DNA of 64,000 nt from Amoebidium appalachense (lineage: Eukaryota; Protista; Ichthyosporea). Location of the stretch: positions 3,821,835 to 3,885,834 of the forward strand of contig CAVNZM010000011.1 in the NCBI GenBank assembly GCA_963693365.1. Reading direction: 5' to 3'. Shown here piece after piece: positions 36,645 through 54,724 of this stretch. A program made the position numbers and the translations under genes. Numbering within the stretch: the first letter of the stretch is position 1; each line of letters starts with the position of its first letter. Under the pieces are notes generated by a model. That model did no database searches. It was not told where the DNA came from and saw nothing but the letters and a program-made list of their open reading frames with translations.

Positions 36645-38231
36645 GAAGGAAAGGCTCCTATATATAGGCTGACCTGAGAGGGAAACGAAGGCAAAGCTGA
36701 CTAGTATTACGATTAGACCGGCCTTTAAGTTAGGAGGCTCCTACTAGACCCAGCTGCAGTAAGTTTGAGGCTCAGGTCAGGACTTGGGAGCGATCACAGT
36801 CCACTTGGCTGCGACTTTTTTCGTTTTTTTTCTATTCATTTATTTTCTGTCATCCCCAAGTTGTTAACGCGCGGGGTCCAGGGGGATGGGCAAGGGGGGG
36901 GGGGGGGGGGGGGGAGGGGGGGGGGGGGGTGTCCTACATAGGAACTACCGTCTTCCACTGATGGTAAGCACCGAGTGTACCCTAGCTAGGTTGCTAATGA
37001 TGCATCTAGCTAATCTAACCCACCTTTTGGCAGCAATTATATCCCCCTTGGTATTTCAAGTATCACGACGTAGCTACGACAGTCACTATGCTGACGTGTT
37101 GATTAAGTTGAAGAGTAAATGGGATAGACTCTGAGAGACAAATTTTACGCTATGATGATGAGGAGTCTTAGGCAAGACCAGGCTTCCACAAATTCTAAAC
37201 AAGGACACGTGTGGCCTGTCGCCTAAAGTTGGCTACCAGTAGCAAGTTGCAGCATGGGGACTAGTCTTAATGGTGTGTGTGTTTGGGGGGGGGGGGGGGG
37301 GGGAGGGGGGGGAGGGGGAGGGGAGGCAGCGGGGAGGGGGGCGGGGGGAGGGGGGGGGAGGGGGGGGGAGGGGGGGAGGGGGAATCACTGGTTGCCCTTT
37401 GATGGTAGCACGAAGACCTCTCTTTTATAACCCATCATCATATTTATAGACGGCCACCGCGCGGCACACGCCACTCTATATACCTATGATGTGTGCGTGT
37501 GCGCGTGCGTGTGCGTGTACGTGTGTGCGCACGCGCGCGTGTGCGTGCGAGCCGGCGAAGCGTGCGTGCGCACCTGCTTGTGTACGACATCAGCCAGCCA
37601 ATCAGGAACTTTGTATGAGAAATAAAATAAAAAATTCAGTCTGTAAGTCCTGTGAAGACACCCTCGGGTAACCATAGTTAACTAAACAAATCTCTAAGAG
37701 GGCGACTGGCACTTGCTAAATAGACCCCTCCATCTCCCCCCCCCCCCCTCCCCCCCTCCCCCCCCCCCCCTCCCCCTCTCCCCTCCCCCCTTGGCCCTCA
37801 AATCAATGATAGTTTTAGAAGCGCAATGACCGGGGCGCAGCCACACACGTGACAATTGCTCCCGTCCAAACGTTAACACGGTGCTGCTCTCAGTTATATT
37901 AACTGTTTGGATTGGGTTGTCCGCCAATACTGCGCCTGTGAGCTTACGGAGAGGTGATGTGGTATTTTAATTCAGTGGACTATGTGCCTGTTTCTCTTAC
38001 TATCCTTACCATTAAGACCTCTTAAGCCTTAATTTCATGATTTTATTCCTTCGACTCTCATTCACCCGATTTTACCTATCGGCCGTTTCTTTCTTTTCTT
38101 CTCTGCTTCCTTTTTTTTGTGTGTGTGTGTGTGCTGTCAGCCTGTGTGTTAGTGTGCTTGTTTTTTCTTTTCTTAGTTACGTTCCTCTCCCCCCCCCCCC
38201 CCCCCCCCCCCCTTTTTTTTTCTTCAAAAGT

Positions 38232-38262
<31 letters not shown>

Positions 38263-38271
38263 GGGTGGGGG

Positions 38272-38305
<34 letters not shown>

Positions 38306-38456
38306 GGGGGGGGTTGGTGGTGGTGGTGATGGTGGTGGTGGTGGTGGTAGTGGTGGGGGGGGGGGGGGGGGGGGGGGGGGGGATCTTGGGGTCGTTTGTA
38401 AGCTGTGAAGGGCAAGAAAGTCAGAGGAGAGTGAAACAGAATCAAGAAAGAAGCCA

Positions 38457-38860
<404 letters not shown>

Positions 38861-39400
38861 CTCTCTCTCACTCTCTCTCTCTCCCCCTCTCCCTCTCTCT
38901 CTCTCTCTCCCCCCCCCCCCTCTCTATCTCTCTCTCTCTCTCCCCATCTCTCTCTCTCCAGAGGCTCCTCTCTTTCTCTCTCTTTCTTTCTCTCTCTCCC
39001 CCCCTCCCCCCCCCCCCCCCCCCCCCGGGCGCTCTATCTCTTATCTCTCTCTCTCACCCCCACTCGCCCCTCCCACTCTCTTCACTCCCCCTCCCCCTAC
39101 CCCCTCCTCTCCCTCTTTCTCTGCCTCGAGAATCTCAATCGGTTTTATACAAGTGTCTTAAGTTCATTGGGGCGTGGGGTATTATTATGTGTGCACGGTA
39201 TGGTTTGCTTGCATTTGTGTAACTTAGCCTACGGTAACGGCCTGTGTGTGTGTCCATCTGTGCATGCGGACATGAATATTCGCGTGTGTGTATTCGGGTG
39301 AGAGTGTTTATACGTCGCCCGTCTGTGTACGTGTGTACCAAGGCTTGTGTGTGAGAGCGCGGTTGTGTGTTGTGCGTGTGCGTGTGCGCGTGCGCGTGCG

Positions 39401-39461
<61 letters not shown>

Positions 39462-40429
39462 CGTGTGTGCGTGTTTGTGTGTGTGTGTGTGTGTGTGGGT
39501 GGGTGGGTGGGTGGGTGGGTGGGTGTGTGCACGTGTGTGCGTGACTGTGTGTGTGTGTGTGCATGTGTGTGTGCATATGTCAGTGTGTCATGTGGGCTTG
39601 CGCCCCGGCAAGCGCACGTGTGTGAATTTGTACGGTATACTTGTGCAGTGTCTGTTACATATATACTGGCATTCTTTGTAACTCTCTGCGGTATGCCCAC
39701 CGTTAACTCCACGGTGCAGAGACTAGTTTTCTAGTTTTACAAGGTCATATGGATTGGGAGGGTACTAGTGTTCAATTTATAAAAATCTTTAGACAATGTA
39801 TAAGCACAAAACCTGTGACTACCGAAAACAGATTATATAACAGTTTTATTCAAATGTAAATATCATAAGCAGAAGATAACCACACAAGGTGGCCCTCGGA
39901 ATCAGTCTTAGGTGAAGCCAACTTGGCTGCAAACATGCCGAGTGTGACACCGAGAATTGGATTCATTGGCCAATGGTGGTATTTATGATTTGATTATTTT
40001 AATAATAGCCGGCTCTGCTTCTTGCCGTTTCGGTTTATTAGGCATTGAGAGTGATTCAAAACCAAATAAAATATAAGCATGTATAAAACTTGAAGTACAG
40101 GGGACGCTTTAGTGTCGCCCTAAAGTGGTTATGCTGATGCTTGTTGCTTGATGTAAGGAGTCCTTCATTCCGATTACTGGCTAAGCTAAGGATCTATTCA
40201 ACTTAAAAGCCAACGTTCTTCTTTGACAGGGCCAAGGTGGCACTAATTACTTCGATTTCATTATACTTTTCTGTGTCATTCTGTTAACCCCCCCCCCCCC
40301 CCCCCCACCCTCTTCCCTCCCCCCTCCCCCCCCTCCCCGGCCCCACCCTTCCTTTACCACCCTAACATTCTTTTCAAATCCACCTGTGCCTCCAACCTTG
40401 TCTATTGGTACGCAACGAACCAATCCGTA

Positions 40430-42124
40430 TCATTTACAGCAGTAGCTGCCGCAGCACGGCTGAGACGATCCTACGTTCAGTTGGCAGCTCTTGGTCGTGG
40501 GTCTTTTGCCCGCTGGGCACGTCACAGTCAGGCAGTTGCCACGCGTCACACTGCCCTGTGGCATGCAGCAGAAGCTTTCGTTGCAGGGCATGGTGGTGGC
40601 CCAGCTCACCCCGGCCTTGCAGCGCACCACCCCGCAGGTCTTGGGGTCTACCTGGTAGGCCGCACATTTCACCATGCTGGAACAGGTGGCAAGCCCGGTG
40701 ACAGCAGGGGGAGAAGGGGTCGGTGTTGGTGTCGGCCTGGCGGAGGATTTGGGAGGGGTGGTGGTGGTTTTAGGCGGCAGAGTGCTCGTGCGTACTGTGG
40801 TGGTGGTTACGGCGGGTTTGACTGTTGCCGTGGTGGTGGTAACGCGGAGCACAGCTGCAGTTGGTGCAGGCGTTTGGGTTGGGGTCGGTGTTGTGGTTGC
40901 TGTCCGAGTTGGTAGGGTTGTTTGTGATGTGGGGACTACAGGGGCTGCTGACTTGGTTGACACGGGGACTGGTGAAGCCGTGGATATGTCAGACACGGGG
41001 ATAAGTGACTGGGTTGATACGGGGATAAGTGATTGAGTTGAGATAGCGGGGATAAGTGACTGAGTTGATACGGGGATTAGTGACTGACTTGATACGGGCT
41101 CCGGAACTGGTGATACAGTTGATACGGGGATAAGTGACTGAGTTGACACGGGGGCAAGTGACTGAGTTGACACGGGGGCAAGTGACTGAGTTGACACGGG
41201 GACAAGTGAATGAGTTGACACAGAGACTGGTGACGCCGTTGAAACGGGGACTGGTGACGCAGTGGATACGGGGATTCGTGATGCGGGCGTGACGGTGGGG
41301 ACTGGTGATATAGCTGCAGTTGTGACGGGGACCGTTGTCGTAGTTGGTGCACTCTGCAATGCACTAAATCCAGGGAACACGACGCCTCCACCGCAGGTGT
41401 TGTAGGGTGTGACCTTGATGCCATTGCTTGTGAGTACTGTGCATGCCCTGTCGCTGAAGTAGCCTATGCCGAAACCATCTGCCACGTACTTATAAACGGT
41501 GGACAGTACGCCGAAATTTGCCGCAAGGTCCAGACACGCAGACACAGGCACAGAGGCGCACCTTGCACTCGTCTTGGCGCCACTGCAGTCACTCGTGCTG
41601 CTGTACGCGCAGAAGTATATATTGCCTGCAGGGACCGGTGACGCCGTTGGAGTGGGGACTGGTGATGTAGTGGATATTGGGATTAGTGATGTACTTGATG
41701 CGGGGGCTGTTGACGGCATGGACGCAGTTGACGTGGGAATTGGTGTCGTAGTTGGTGCACTCTGCGATGCACTAAATCCAGGGAAAACAACGTCTCCACC
41801 GCATGTGTCATAGGGTGTGACCTTGGCGCCATTGATTGAGAGCGTGGTGCATGCCGAATCATTGTAGTAGCCTATGCCGAAACCATCTGGCTCAGAGGCG
41901 AATGCCACGTACTTATCAACGGTGGACAGTACGCCAAACTGTGCAGAAAGGTCCAGACACGCAGACAGAGGAACAGTCGCACACCTTGCACTCGTCTTAG
42001 CGCCAGTGCAGTCACTCGTGCTGCTGTAGGCGCAGAAATATATCCCATCTGCGGCATTGGCGGCGGTGAAGGCCCCTGCCAAAAATGCAGCGGCCAAGAA
42101 ACAGAATCGCTGCGACATCTTCAT
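40430..42124 (-). CDS. Secreted mucin-like glycoprotein: signal peptide, two Cys-rich repeats, S/T/P linker, Cys-rich C-terminus
   Basis: MKMSQRFCFLAAAFLAGAFTAANA signal; 2x IYFCAYSSTSDC.GAKTSARCA.VP.SACLDL..GFGIGY..C....YxTCGG; VSTQSLIP repeats; ends PCCGSYCCK. Intronless, TATA at ~42181-42190. Confidence 0.88.
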   Translation of the reverse strand: MKMSQRFCFLAAAFLAGAFTAANAADGIYFCAYSSTSDCTGAKTSARCATVPLSACLDLSAQFGVLSTVDKYVAFASEPDGFGIGYYNDSACTTLSINGAKVTPYDTCGGDVVFPGFSASQSAPTTTPIPTSTASMPSTAPASSTSLIPISTTSPVPTPTASPVPAGNIYFCAYSSTSDCSGAKTSARCASVPVSACLDLAANFGVLSTVYKYVADGFGIGYFSDRACTVLTSNGIKVTPYNTCGGGVVFPGFSALQSAPTTTTVPVTTAAISPVPTVTPASRIPVSTASPVPVSTASPVSVSTHSLVPVSTQSLAPVSTQSLAPVSTQSLIPVSTVSPVPEPVSSQSLIPVSTQSLIPAISTQSLIPVSTQSLIPVSDISTASPVPVSTKSAAPVVPTSQTTLPTRTATTTPTPTQTPAPTAAVLRVTTTTATVKPAVTTTTVRTSTLPPKTTTTPPKSSARPTPTPTPSPPAVTGLATCSSMVKCAAYQVDPKTCGVVRCKAGVSWATTMPCNESFCCMPQGSVTRGNCLTVTCPAGKRPTTKSCQLNVGSSQPCCGSYCCK

Positions 42125-42449
42125 GTTTGGCTGAAAGCTACTGTAGTGTGCATTGTGAACAAATGAACAGCAGCCCGCTCTATTTATACTTGCGGTCTGG
42201 TATGTGATCCGGGGTTCCGGGAGCCATTCAGCTGCGTGGTACTTTCTATTCATAATATTTAATCAATGAATAGTCTCCAAGGCTATGTACCGGCTCGCTT
42301 ACGTAAGTGGCCGGGGCGGCCTACGACGCAGCGGGACGTCTCCGGCGGCGGCAACATACAAATAGGTATGTTACAGGCCGCAGGGAGACAGCACTGAAAG
42401 TGACTAATCAATGATAGCTTTCTAAAGAAAGTCTGATTTCATAACGAAG

Positions 42450-42542
42450 TCGATCCACCAATAGATATCGCTCTCTAATAATAGACTTGCAAATAGCGGA
42501 ACCAAGTCTATTATTAGAGAGCGATATCTATTGGTGGATCGA
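42450..42542. other. Perfect 40-bp inverted repeat with 13-nt loop
   Basis: tcgatccaccaatagatatcgctctctaataatagacttg (42450-42489) and its exact reverse complement (42503-42542). Confidence 0.95.
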
Positions 42543-43397
42543 GAGAGACCGAGAGAAAAGCAGCTTCAACAGCTAATTGTTTACTCGTGTCTCGGTGTAG
42601 GTTTGCTAAAGATATGTTTCTGTATACCACTAAGACAAGAGAAACAGTTCTGTAGAAGCATGTTTACCAATTCTAGTAATTTTGACTACCGCCCTGACCG
42701 CATGTGTTCAAGGTAGATATCGCCGGGGGGCCCGGCATGCACTCTCGCCCGCACCGCGTCCGGTGGGTCCCTACTTGTAGGAATGCATGCGCATGCCTAT
42801 GATTAGTGTTCCGATTCCCTTTTTTATCACTTCTATTTTTATTTTTTTTATTTAGTCTCCAAAACCTCTGGGTAGGGATACTTTTGCCTACAAAGCTAAA
42901 GTGCTGTACTAGTTGGATATTGTGCCTTTTTATATTGGTACTCCTGTAGACTGAATATCAAAATTTGCTGGTGAATATTCTCTTGTTCCATGCATGGCTG
43001 CAGAAATTCTTTCATAATAAAAGTGATCAGTAATTCCATAGCTGCGGGGTGGCGGCGTTGTGAACTGCGCATGCATGCACATGGGCCGGCCACGCCCACC
43101 TCCCCTTTCCCTTTCCCCCTCCCTCCCCCTTCTCTCCCCCCCCCCCCCCCCCCCCTTCCCCACCCAAACACACACACACATATATGCATGTATCATGTAC
43201 ACACACACACACACACACGCACACACGCCCACACACGCACACATACACACACACATACACATACGTACACACGCACACTCACACACAAACACACACGCAC
43301 ACACACACAGACACCGACACACACACACACGCAGAGAGAGAGAGAGAGAGTAGACAGAGAGAGCGAGAGTGAAAGAGAGAGAAAGAGACAGTCGGAG

Positions 43398-43766
<369 letters not shown>

Positions 43767-44206
43767 CTCTGAGAGAGGGGGGAGGGGGGGGGGGGGAGAG
43801 AAGGAGGGATGAGAGAAGGGAGGGAGAGAGAAGGGGGTATGTGTATGTTCGTGTGGGATGGGAGAAGGGGGGGAGGAGGGGAGGGGGGCTTCCTGGACGT
43901 GATTGGTATACGTATTTGGGTGTTCCTAGCTGGTTTTTATAGAAATTTTGGTAGCACATGGTCGGCATCACATGCGCCGAAACATTCATGGCATGCACGG
44001 GTTGGTGCTCAGCCTGCTCAAGCCTTGAAGAAAATGCAGGGAGACGGACCCTAATGTTGATCATCATAACATGTGGATGTGTGTGCATGTACGGTATGTG
44101 TGCCATTCTGTGCTTATTATGCTTTGTACTTGCTTGTTGAAGCAATGTGCACATGTGTGCGCGTGTGTGTGGCCGTCACCGGGTGTGTGTGTTTTTGTGA
44201 GTGCAC

Positions 44207-44283
<77 letters not shown>

Positions 44284-44700
44284 CTGTGTCTGTGTGTGTG
44301 TGTGTGTGTGTGGCACTGTGTGTGTGTGTGGCGTGCGCAATATGCGTGTGTCCGTACATGTTTGTATGTGTGTGTGTGTCACAGTATATGCGTGTGTATG
44401 TGCACGTGTGTGAGTGTGTGTGTGTATACTGAGTGTGCGTATGTATGTGTGTGTGTGTGTGCGCGTGTGTGTGCATGTGTGTTTCCATGTGTGTGTGTGT
44501 GTGTGTGTGTGCGTGTGTGCGTGTGTGTGTGTGTGTACATGTGTGTATATGTGTGCGTGTGTGTGTGTGGCACGTGTGGGCGTTGGGGAGTGCTGATCGT
44601 GTGAGTGCGTGCCGCACGGTGTGTGCTTGTTATTATTCTACGTACGTGAGTCACTGCAAGTGTTGGAGAGAGGGGCTGGGCGCCAGGGCCAGGGGAGTCT

Positions 44701-44736
<36 letters not shown>

Positions 44737-45720
44737 TAATCAGCTTGAAAACCCTGCCACGTGGCCATGGTGATCGGAATCTTGGGGACCGTGAGCATGT
44801 TCTGATCGAAAGAATTTCTGGCTGGATAAAAAACGTGTATTTCCCAGTAGATCTAGATCTAGATCTCGATATCTATCTGAATCATAATCTGATATCTGAA
44901 AATGCAGCGCTAGAAGAAGCATATGTAATAGAAAATCACTAGCATATTATCCAGCGCCAAACATTGTACAAGTAATGATAATACAGGTATATGACTTAAG
45001 CAAACACCGAATATCTATGCATTCCTTAGTAGATGTACATCATCATTCCTACGATAAACCCGTCTACCCTACAAAAAGTAAGAAAACCGAGAGCTTCTTC
45101 TGAATTCAGGCGGCAGGCATAAACCTGTAAAATAGGTCAGCATATCCCTCAACCTTGGTTTCTCTTGTCGTTATGAGCTGTCTTGATGTAGATCTTCTAC
45201 AGAAACACATGTATAGCAAACGGGTGAAAAACCCCAGTACTCCTGGGGCCGCGTGTATGATTTCGCCTGTATTGCACACTCGGCAGCGCGTAGTACACGT
45301 CACACACGACAACAATAGGGAAGGTCAGAAGAGAAGATCTATGTGGCAATCTCCGAGAGAGTGGGCGTGTAGCGAGGCTATATAGGGGGGCCTATGATCA
45401 TGAGGATGTGGGGGGGCTCTAGTGTACGGGGTATCTCCCGTATATCTCGCTCATTCCTCGGTCTCAAAGCCAATTGGTTCCGGTATTTGTTAGTCTATTA
45501 ATAGCAAGCAATATCGATTGGTGGATCGACCTCCGATTATATAAAATCGACTTATTTCAGAGAGTTTTGATAGATTAAATATCATGAATAGAAAGTACCG
45601 CACTGCTCTTGGCTCCCGGAACCCCGGATCACATACCAGACCGCAAGTATAAATAGAACGGTTTGCAGGCTGCTGTTCATATCAACAGTACACATCGAAG
45701 TGTTTCAGCCAAACAAAAAG

Positions 45721-47382
45721 ATGTCGCAGCGATGCTGTTTCTTGGCCGCTGCATTTTTGGCATTTTTGGCAGGGGCCTTCACCGCCGTCAATGCCGCAGA
45801 CGGAATCTACTTTTGCGCCTACAGCAGCATGAGTGACTGCACTGGCGCTAAGACGAGTGCAAGGTGTGCGACTGTTCCTCTGTCTGCGTGTCTGGACCTC
45901 TCTGCACAGTTTGGCATACTGTCCACCGTTGATAAGTATGTGGCATTCACCTCAGAGCCAGGTGGTTTCGGCATAGGCTACTACAATGATTCGGCATGCA
46001 CCACGCTCTCAATCAATGGCGCCAAGGTCACACCGTGACCCTATGACACATGCGGTGGAGACGTTGTTTTCCCTGGATTTAGTGCATCGCAGAGTGCACC
46101 AACTACGACACCAATTTCCACGTCAACTGCGTCCATGCCGTCAACAGCCCCCGCATCAAGTACATCACTAATCCCAATATCCACTACATCACCAGTCCCC
46201 ACTCCAACGGCGTCACCGGTCCCTGCAGGCAATATATACTTCTGCGCGTACAGCAGCACGAGTGACTGCAATGGCGCCAAGACAAGTGCAAGGTGCGCCT
46301 CTGTGCCTGTGTCTGCGTGTCTGGACCTTGCGGCAAATTTCGGCGTACTGTCCACCGTTTATAAGTACGTGGCGTTCACCTCGCAGCCAGATGGTTTCGG
46401 CATAGGCTACTTCAGCGACAGGGCATGCACAGTACTCACAAGCAATGGCATCAAGGTCACACCCTACAACACCTGCGGTGGAGGCGTCGTGTTCCCTGGA
46501 TTTAGTGCATTGCAGAGTGCACCAACTACGACAACGGTCCCCGTGTCAACAACTGTATCACCGGTCCCCGTATCAACGGCGTCACCAGTCCCAGTATCAA
46601 CTCAGTCACTTATCCCCGTATCAACTGTATCACCTGTCCCAGGGCCGGTATCAACTCAGTCATTAATTCCCGGACCAACTCAGTCACTTATCCCCGTTAT
46701 CTCAACTCAGTCACTTATCCCCGTATCGTCTCACTCATCTATCCCCGTATCAACCCAGTCACCTATCCCCGTATCAACCCAGTCACTTATCCCCGTATCG
46801 ACCCAGTCACTTATCCCCGTATCTGACGTATCCACTGCGTCACCAGTCCCCGTGTCAACTAAGTCAGCAGTCCCTGTGGTCCCTACGTATCTAACAACCC
46901 TACCAACTCGGGCAACCGCAACACCGACCCCAACCCCAACGCCTGCACCTACCGCGGCCGCTGTCCGCGTATCAACCACCACAACGACAATTAAACCCGC
47001 CGTAGCCACCACCACGTTACCAACGAGCACGCTGCCGCCTAAAACCACAACGGCCCCTCCCAAATCCTCCGCCAAGCCAACACCAACACCGACCCCTTCT
47101 CCCCCTGCCGTCACCGGGCTTACCACCTGTTCCAGTATGCTGAAATGTGCGGCCTACAAGGTAGACCCCAAGACCTGCGGGGTGGTGCGCTGCAAGGCCG
47201 GGGTGAGCTGGGCCACCACCATGCCCTGCAACGAAAGCTTCTGCTGCATGCCACAGGGCAGTGCGACACGTGGCAACTGCCTGACTGTGACGTGCCCAGC
47301 GGGCAAAAGACGCACGACCAAAAGCTGCCAACTGAACGTAGGATCGTCTCAGCCGTGCTGCGGCAGCTACTGCTGTAAATGA
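45721..47382 (+). pseudogene. Inverted paralog of the mucin-like gene with in-frame TGA at 46036-46038
   Basis: Highly similar to 40430-42124. A 6-nt insertion gtgacc creates the stop while the frame is preserved. TATA at ~45648. Confidence 0.82.
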
Positions 47383-47507
47383 TTCGGATTGGGCCGTTGC
47401 TGACAAATAATCACAGTTTGCGGCATTGGAGTGCACATAACTAGTTCAAAAAGGGCCGGCCCGGGTGTTGGTGATGGTAAGGGAATGGTAACGGTAGAGT
47501 ACTGGTG

Positions 47508-47554
<47 letters not shown>

Positions 47555-48282
47555 GGAGGGGGGAAGTAGCTTATCAAAAACTCATTAGTGCAGATGCTGT
47601 TGCGCAATGTGTTGCCCTGTCACAGAACAGCTACAAGGTACGAGTAGAATAAATTTATAGTAAGGCATCGGAATGCAGGATGCCACAGCATGCAACAAGT
47701 ACTAATTTAACCACGTGTCGATGGGCCATTATGCCATGATATGACGGAAAAGAAGTCACCCTTACATAATCTTCCGTTTTTTTTTGATTTTTTTTTGAAT
47801 TAATTGAAATCACTGCCTAATATGTTCCGAAACATCATTCCAGCTTTGTACAACTAAACATCATGTAGAGTATACTGCACCACCTTTGGCCACGAAATCA
47901 AGTGTTCATTAGGCATGGTTTGCTTCGGGTATGTAGCAGTTGCTGCCGCTTGTGTGGTTGTCTACAATTATATCATAAGTATTTCAATAAAAACATAGTT
48001 CTATAAAGTTTTCGGTGAATCACATGTTTTTCGCTTATTGCCTTAGGATTTGTATCAATTGACTCTGAATACTCTCTGCCTGATGATAACCATACACGGT
48101 GCATAGCTAAGAGATAGAGAAGAGAGAAAGGGGGAGATCTGGAGGGGGAGAGAGGGGGGGGGGGGGGGGGGGGGAGAGAGAGGGTGGAGGGGGAGGGGGG
48201 GGGGGGTGAGAGAGAGAGAGGGAGAGAGGGGGGGGGGGGGGGAGAGAGAGAGAGAAAGAGATAGAGAGAGAGAGAGGCACAT

Positions 48283-48314
<32 letters not shown>

Positions 48315-48338
48315 CACACACACACACACAAACACACA

Positions 48339-48391
<53 letters not shown>

Positions 48392-48755
48392 CACACAAAG
48401 ACGGGTACCACGTTTTCTAACACGAACACACACAAACACAAATGATTCGCACGCGCATAACCACACACAACCACACGTGCGCGGGCAAACACATATGCAC
48501 AAAGACACGAACATGTGCGCGTGTGCGCGCACACACACGTATGCATACATACATAAACCGTTCAACCAAATAAACCACAACTTACATATAAAAAGGCTGC
48601 CTTAAAAACACTCTAGGCTCCTGGATAGGATCGATGGAGGGAGGGAGGGAGGGAGTGAGGGGCGGGCGGGGGGAGGAAGGAGGAAGGGGGGGGGGGGGGG
48701 AGGTAGGGAGGGAGGGGGAGGGAGAAAGAGAGAGAGGGGGGGGGGGGGGGGGGGG

Positions 48756-48802
<47 letters not shown>

Positions 48803-48812
48803 AGAGAGAGAC

Positions 48813-48929
<117 letters not shown>

Positions 48930-49085
48930 AAAGAGAGAGAAGAGGGGGAGAGAGAGAGAGTGATCAAGAGAGGAGAGAGAGAGAGAGAGAGAGAGAAGGG
49001 GGAGAGCGGGAGAGAGAGAGAGTGAGTGATCAAGAGAGAAGAGAGAGAGATAGAGAGAGAGAGAGAGAGTGTGTGTGTGTGTGTC

Positions 49086-49116
<31 letters not shown>

Positions 49117-49223
49117 GTGATTAAAAGAGGCCTCGGAGGGAGGGAGCGAAGGAGAGAGGGGGGCAGGAGAGAGAGGGAAGGGGGGGGGGGAGGTTGGGAG
49201 AGAGAGGGGGGGGGGGGGGGAGG

Positions 49224-49256
<33 letters not shown>

Positions 49257-49396
49257 GTGTGTGTGTGTGTGTGTGTACTACGGTGTGAGTGAGAGAGGCT
49301 TCCGAACGGAGGGAGGAAGGGAGAGAGAGGGAGAGGAGGGCGGAGGAAGAGAGAAGGAAGGGGGGGGAGGGGGGTTGAACTTCTGTGAGAGAGTGA

Positions 49397-49434
<38 letters not shown>

Positions 49435-49482
49435 TAGATATATATATATATATATATATATATAGATAGATAGATAGATACT

Positions 49483-49580
<98 letters not shown>

Positions 49581-50439
49581 ATAAAAGTGCGCGTAAGAGA
49601 GAGATAAATAATAGTTAGAGAGGGAGAGAGGACGAAAAAGAGAATAAAATCTGGGGAAGGGGGGCGGGGGGGGGAGGGGAAGGGAGAGGGAGGGTAGGAG
49701 GCGGGGGGAAGGGGGGAGGGGTGGAACATATCCCTAGGGGGGGGCGGGGGGAGGGAGGGGGGGAGGGGGGGGGGGGGGGGGGGGGGGGCTAGATGTAGAA
49801 GAAGGGTCCATTGGGTTGGTCCGGGCCTTGGTGGAGTACGTTTCCAATCCGAATTTCAACGGTTAGATAGGCGAATGTGTGTGCATGAAATAGATTTATA
49901 TACTACCTACATATATTTTTTTTGTAGGCATGTATGATGTGACATTGTGCACGTGCGTCGGAGGACTCAATAGCCAACAACTGTTGTCCTGAGTAGGATC
50001 AAGCAGCAGCCAATCAAAGCCCGAGTGTTAAAAGTTTTAACTTGATTCAAGTTCATTGCTAACCGTGGGTGATATGAGTTCCTACTTGCAAGTACAATGC
50101 ACAGCATATTACTGGGGTCGCACATGCCCACGTCCCTAAGAAATAATCGTCAATATCTCGCTGCTGAATAATAATACATGCATTACTTCATTAGCATGGA
50201 GCATGGGCGTCTTGCTTGGTCGAATTACTGTATCTGTATGTGCTTAATTTAGGAATGTAAACGTACATTCTTTCGTCACGTTCTTGCATTCTTGAGTGGC
50301 GACCTGGGAAATCCCGGAATTCCACGGGTATAAATAGCCGCCAAACGCTCACATCGGTGACATTATAGATTCACCGCAACAAACCCAACCCTCAAAAAAT
50401 TCCGCTTCTTTCCTCTGAGTACTCTGTTCACTCGCAAAT

Positions 50440-54029
<3,590 letters not shown>

Positions 54030-54222
54030 GTATGTTCATACCCCCCCCCCCCCCTCCACCCCCTCCACCCGCCCCCTCTCCCCCCCCCCCCCCCCCCTTA
54101 GGCCTATCCCCTTCCCTTTTCCCCAACCACCCCCTCCCTCCTCCTCCTTCTCTCCCCTCCTTCTCCCCTCTTCTCCGTCCACTGGCAACTCTCCCAAGTC
54201 TCACTTATCATCATCTCTCTCT

Positions 54223-54260
<38 letters not shown>

Positions 54261-54690
54261 AACCCACAAACCCCCCCAGCCCCCCTCCTCCCCCTCGGTT
54301 TCCCATGCCTCTTCACACACCCCCCACCCTCCCTGCCCTCCCAAAAAAAAAAATAAAAAAAAAAAGTAAAAAGAAAAAGAAGTGGAAGTTGCTACCCTCC
54401 TATCAATTAATACATTCATTTGCCCCTACCCCTCCCCTCCTCCTTCACTTATGCATTTGCCGTCATCCCCCTCCCTCTCCCCTTCCTCGCACATTTACAT
54501 ATACTCAGCTGCCTTTCTCCCTCTCGTCTTTCAGTGCAATGCCATGATGAAAGCAGCCTTCCTTATAAAGCCTTACCTAGCGATTACCCCAGCTAAATGA
54601 AAGGGGGAGGGTCTGGGGGAGGGGAAGTGGAGGCACTGTGCAACGGGGTGTGTGTGTGTGTGTGTGTCTGTAGGCGGGGATGGGGTAGGA

Positions 54691-54724
<34 letters not shown>

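Noticed and set aside
42125-42253. Upstream in-frame extension of the mucin ORF (607-aa call)
   Set aside because: It spans the TATA box; the signal peptide begins at MKMSQ/MSQ, matching the paralog's start
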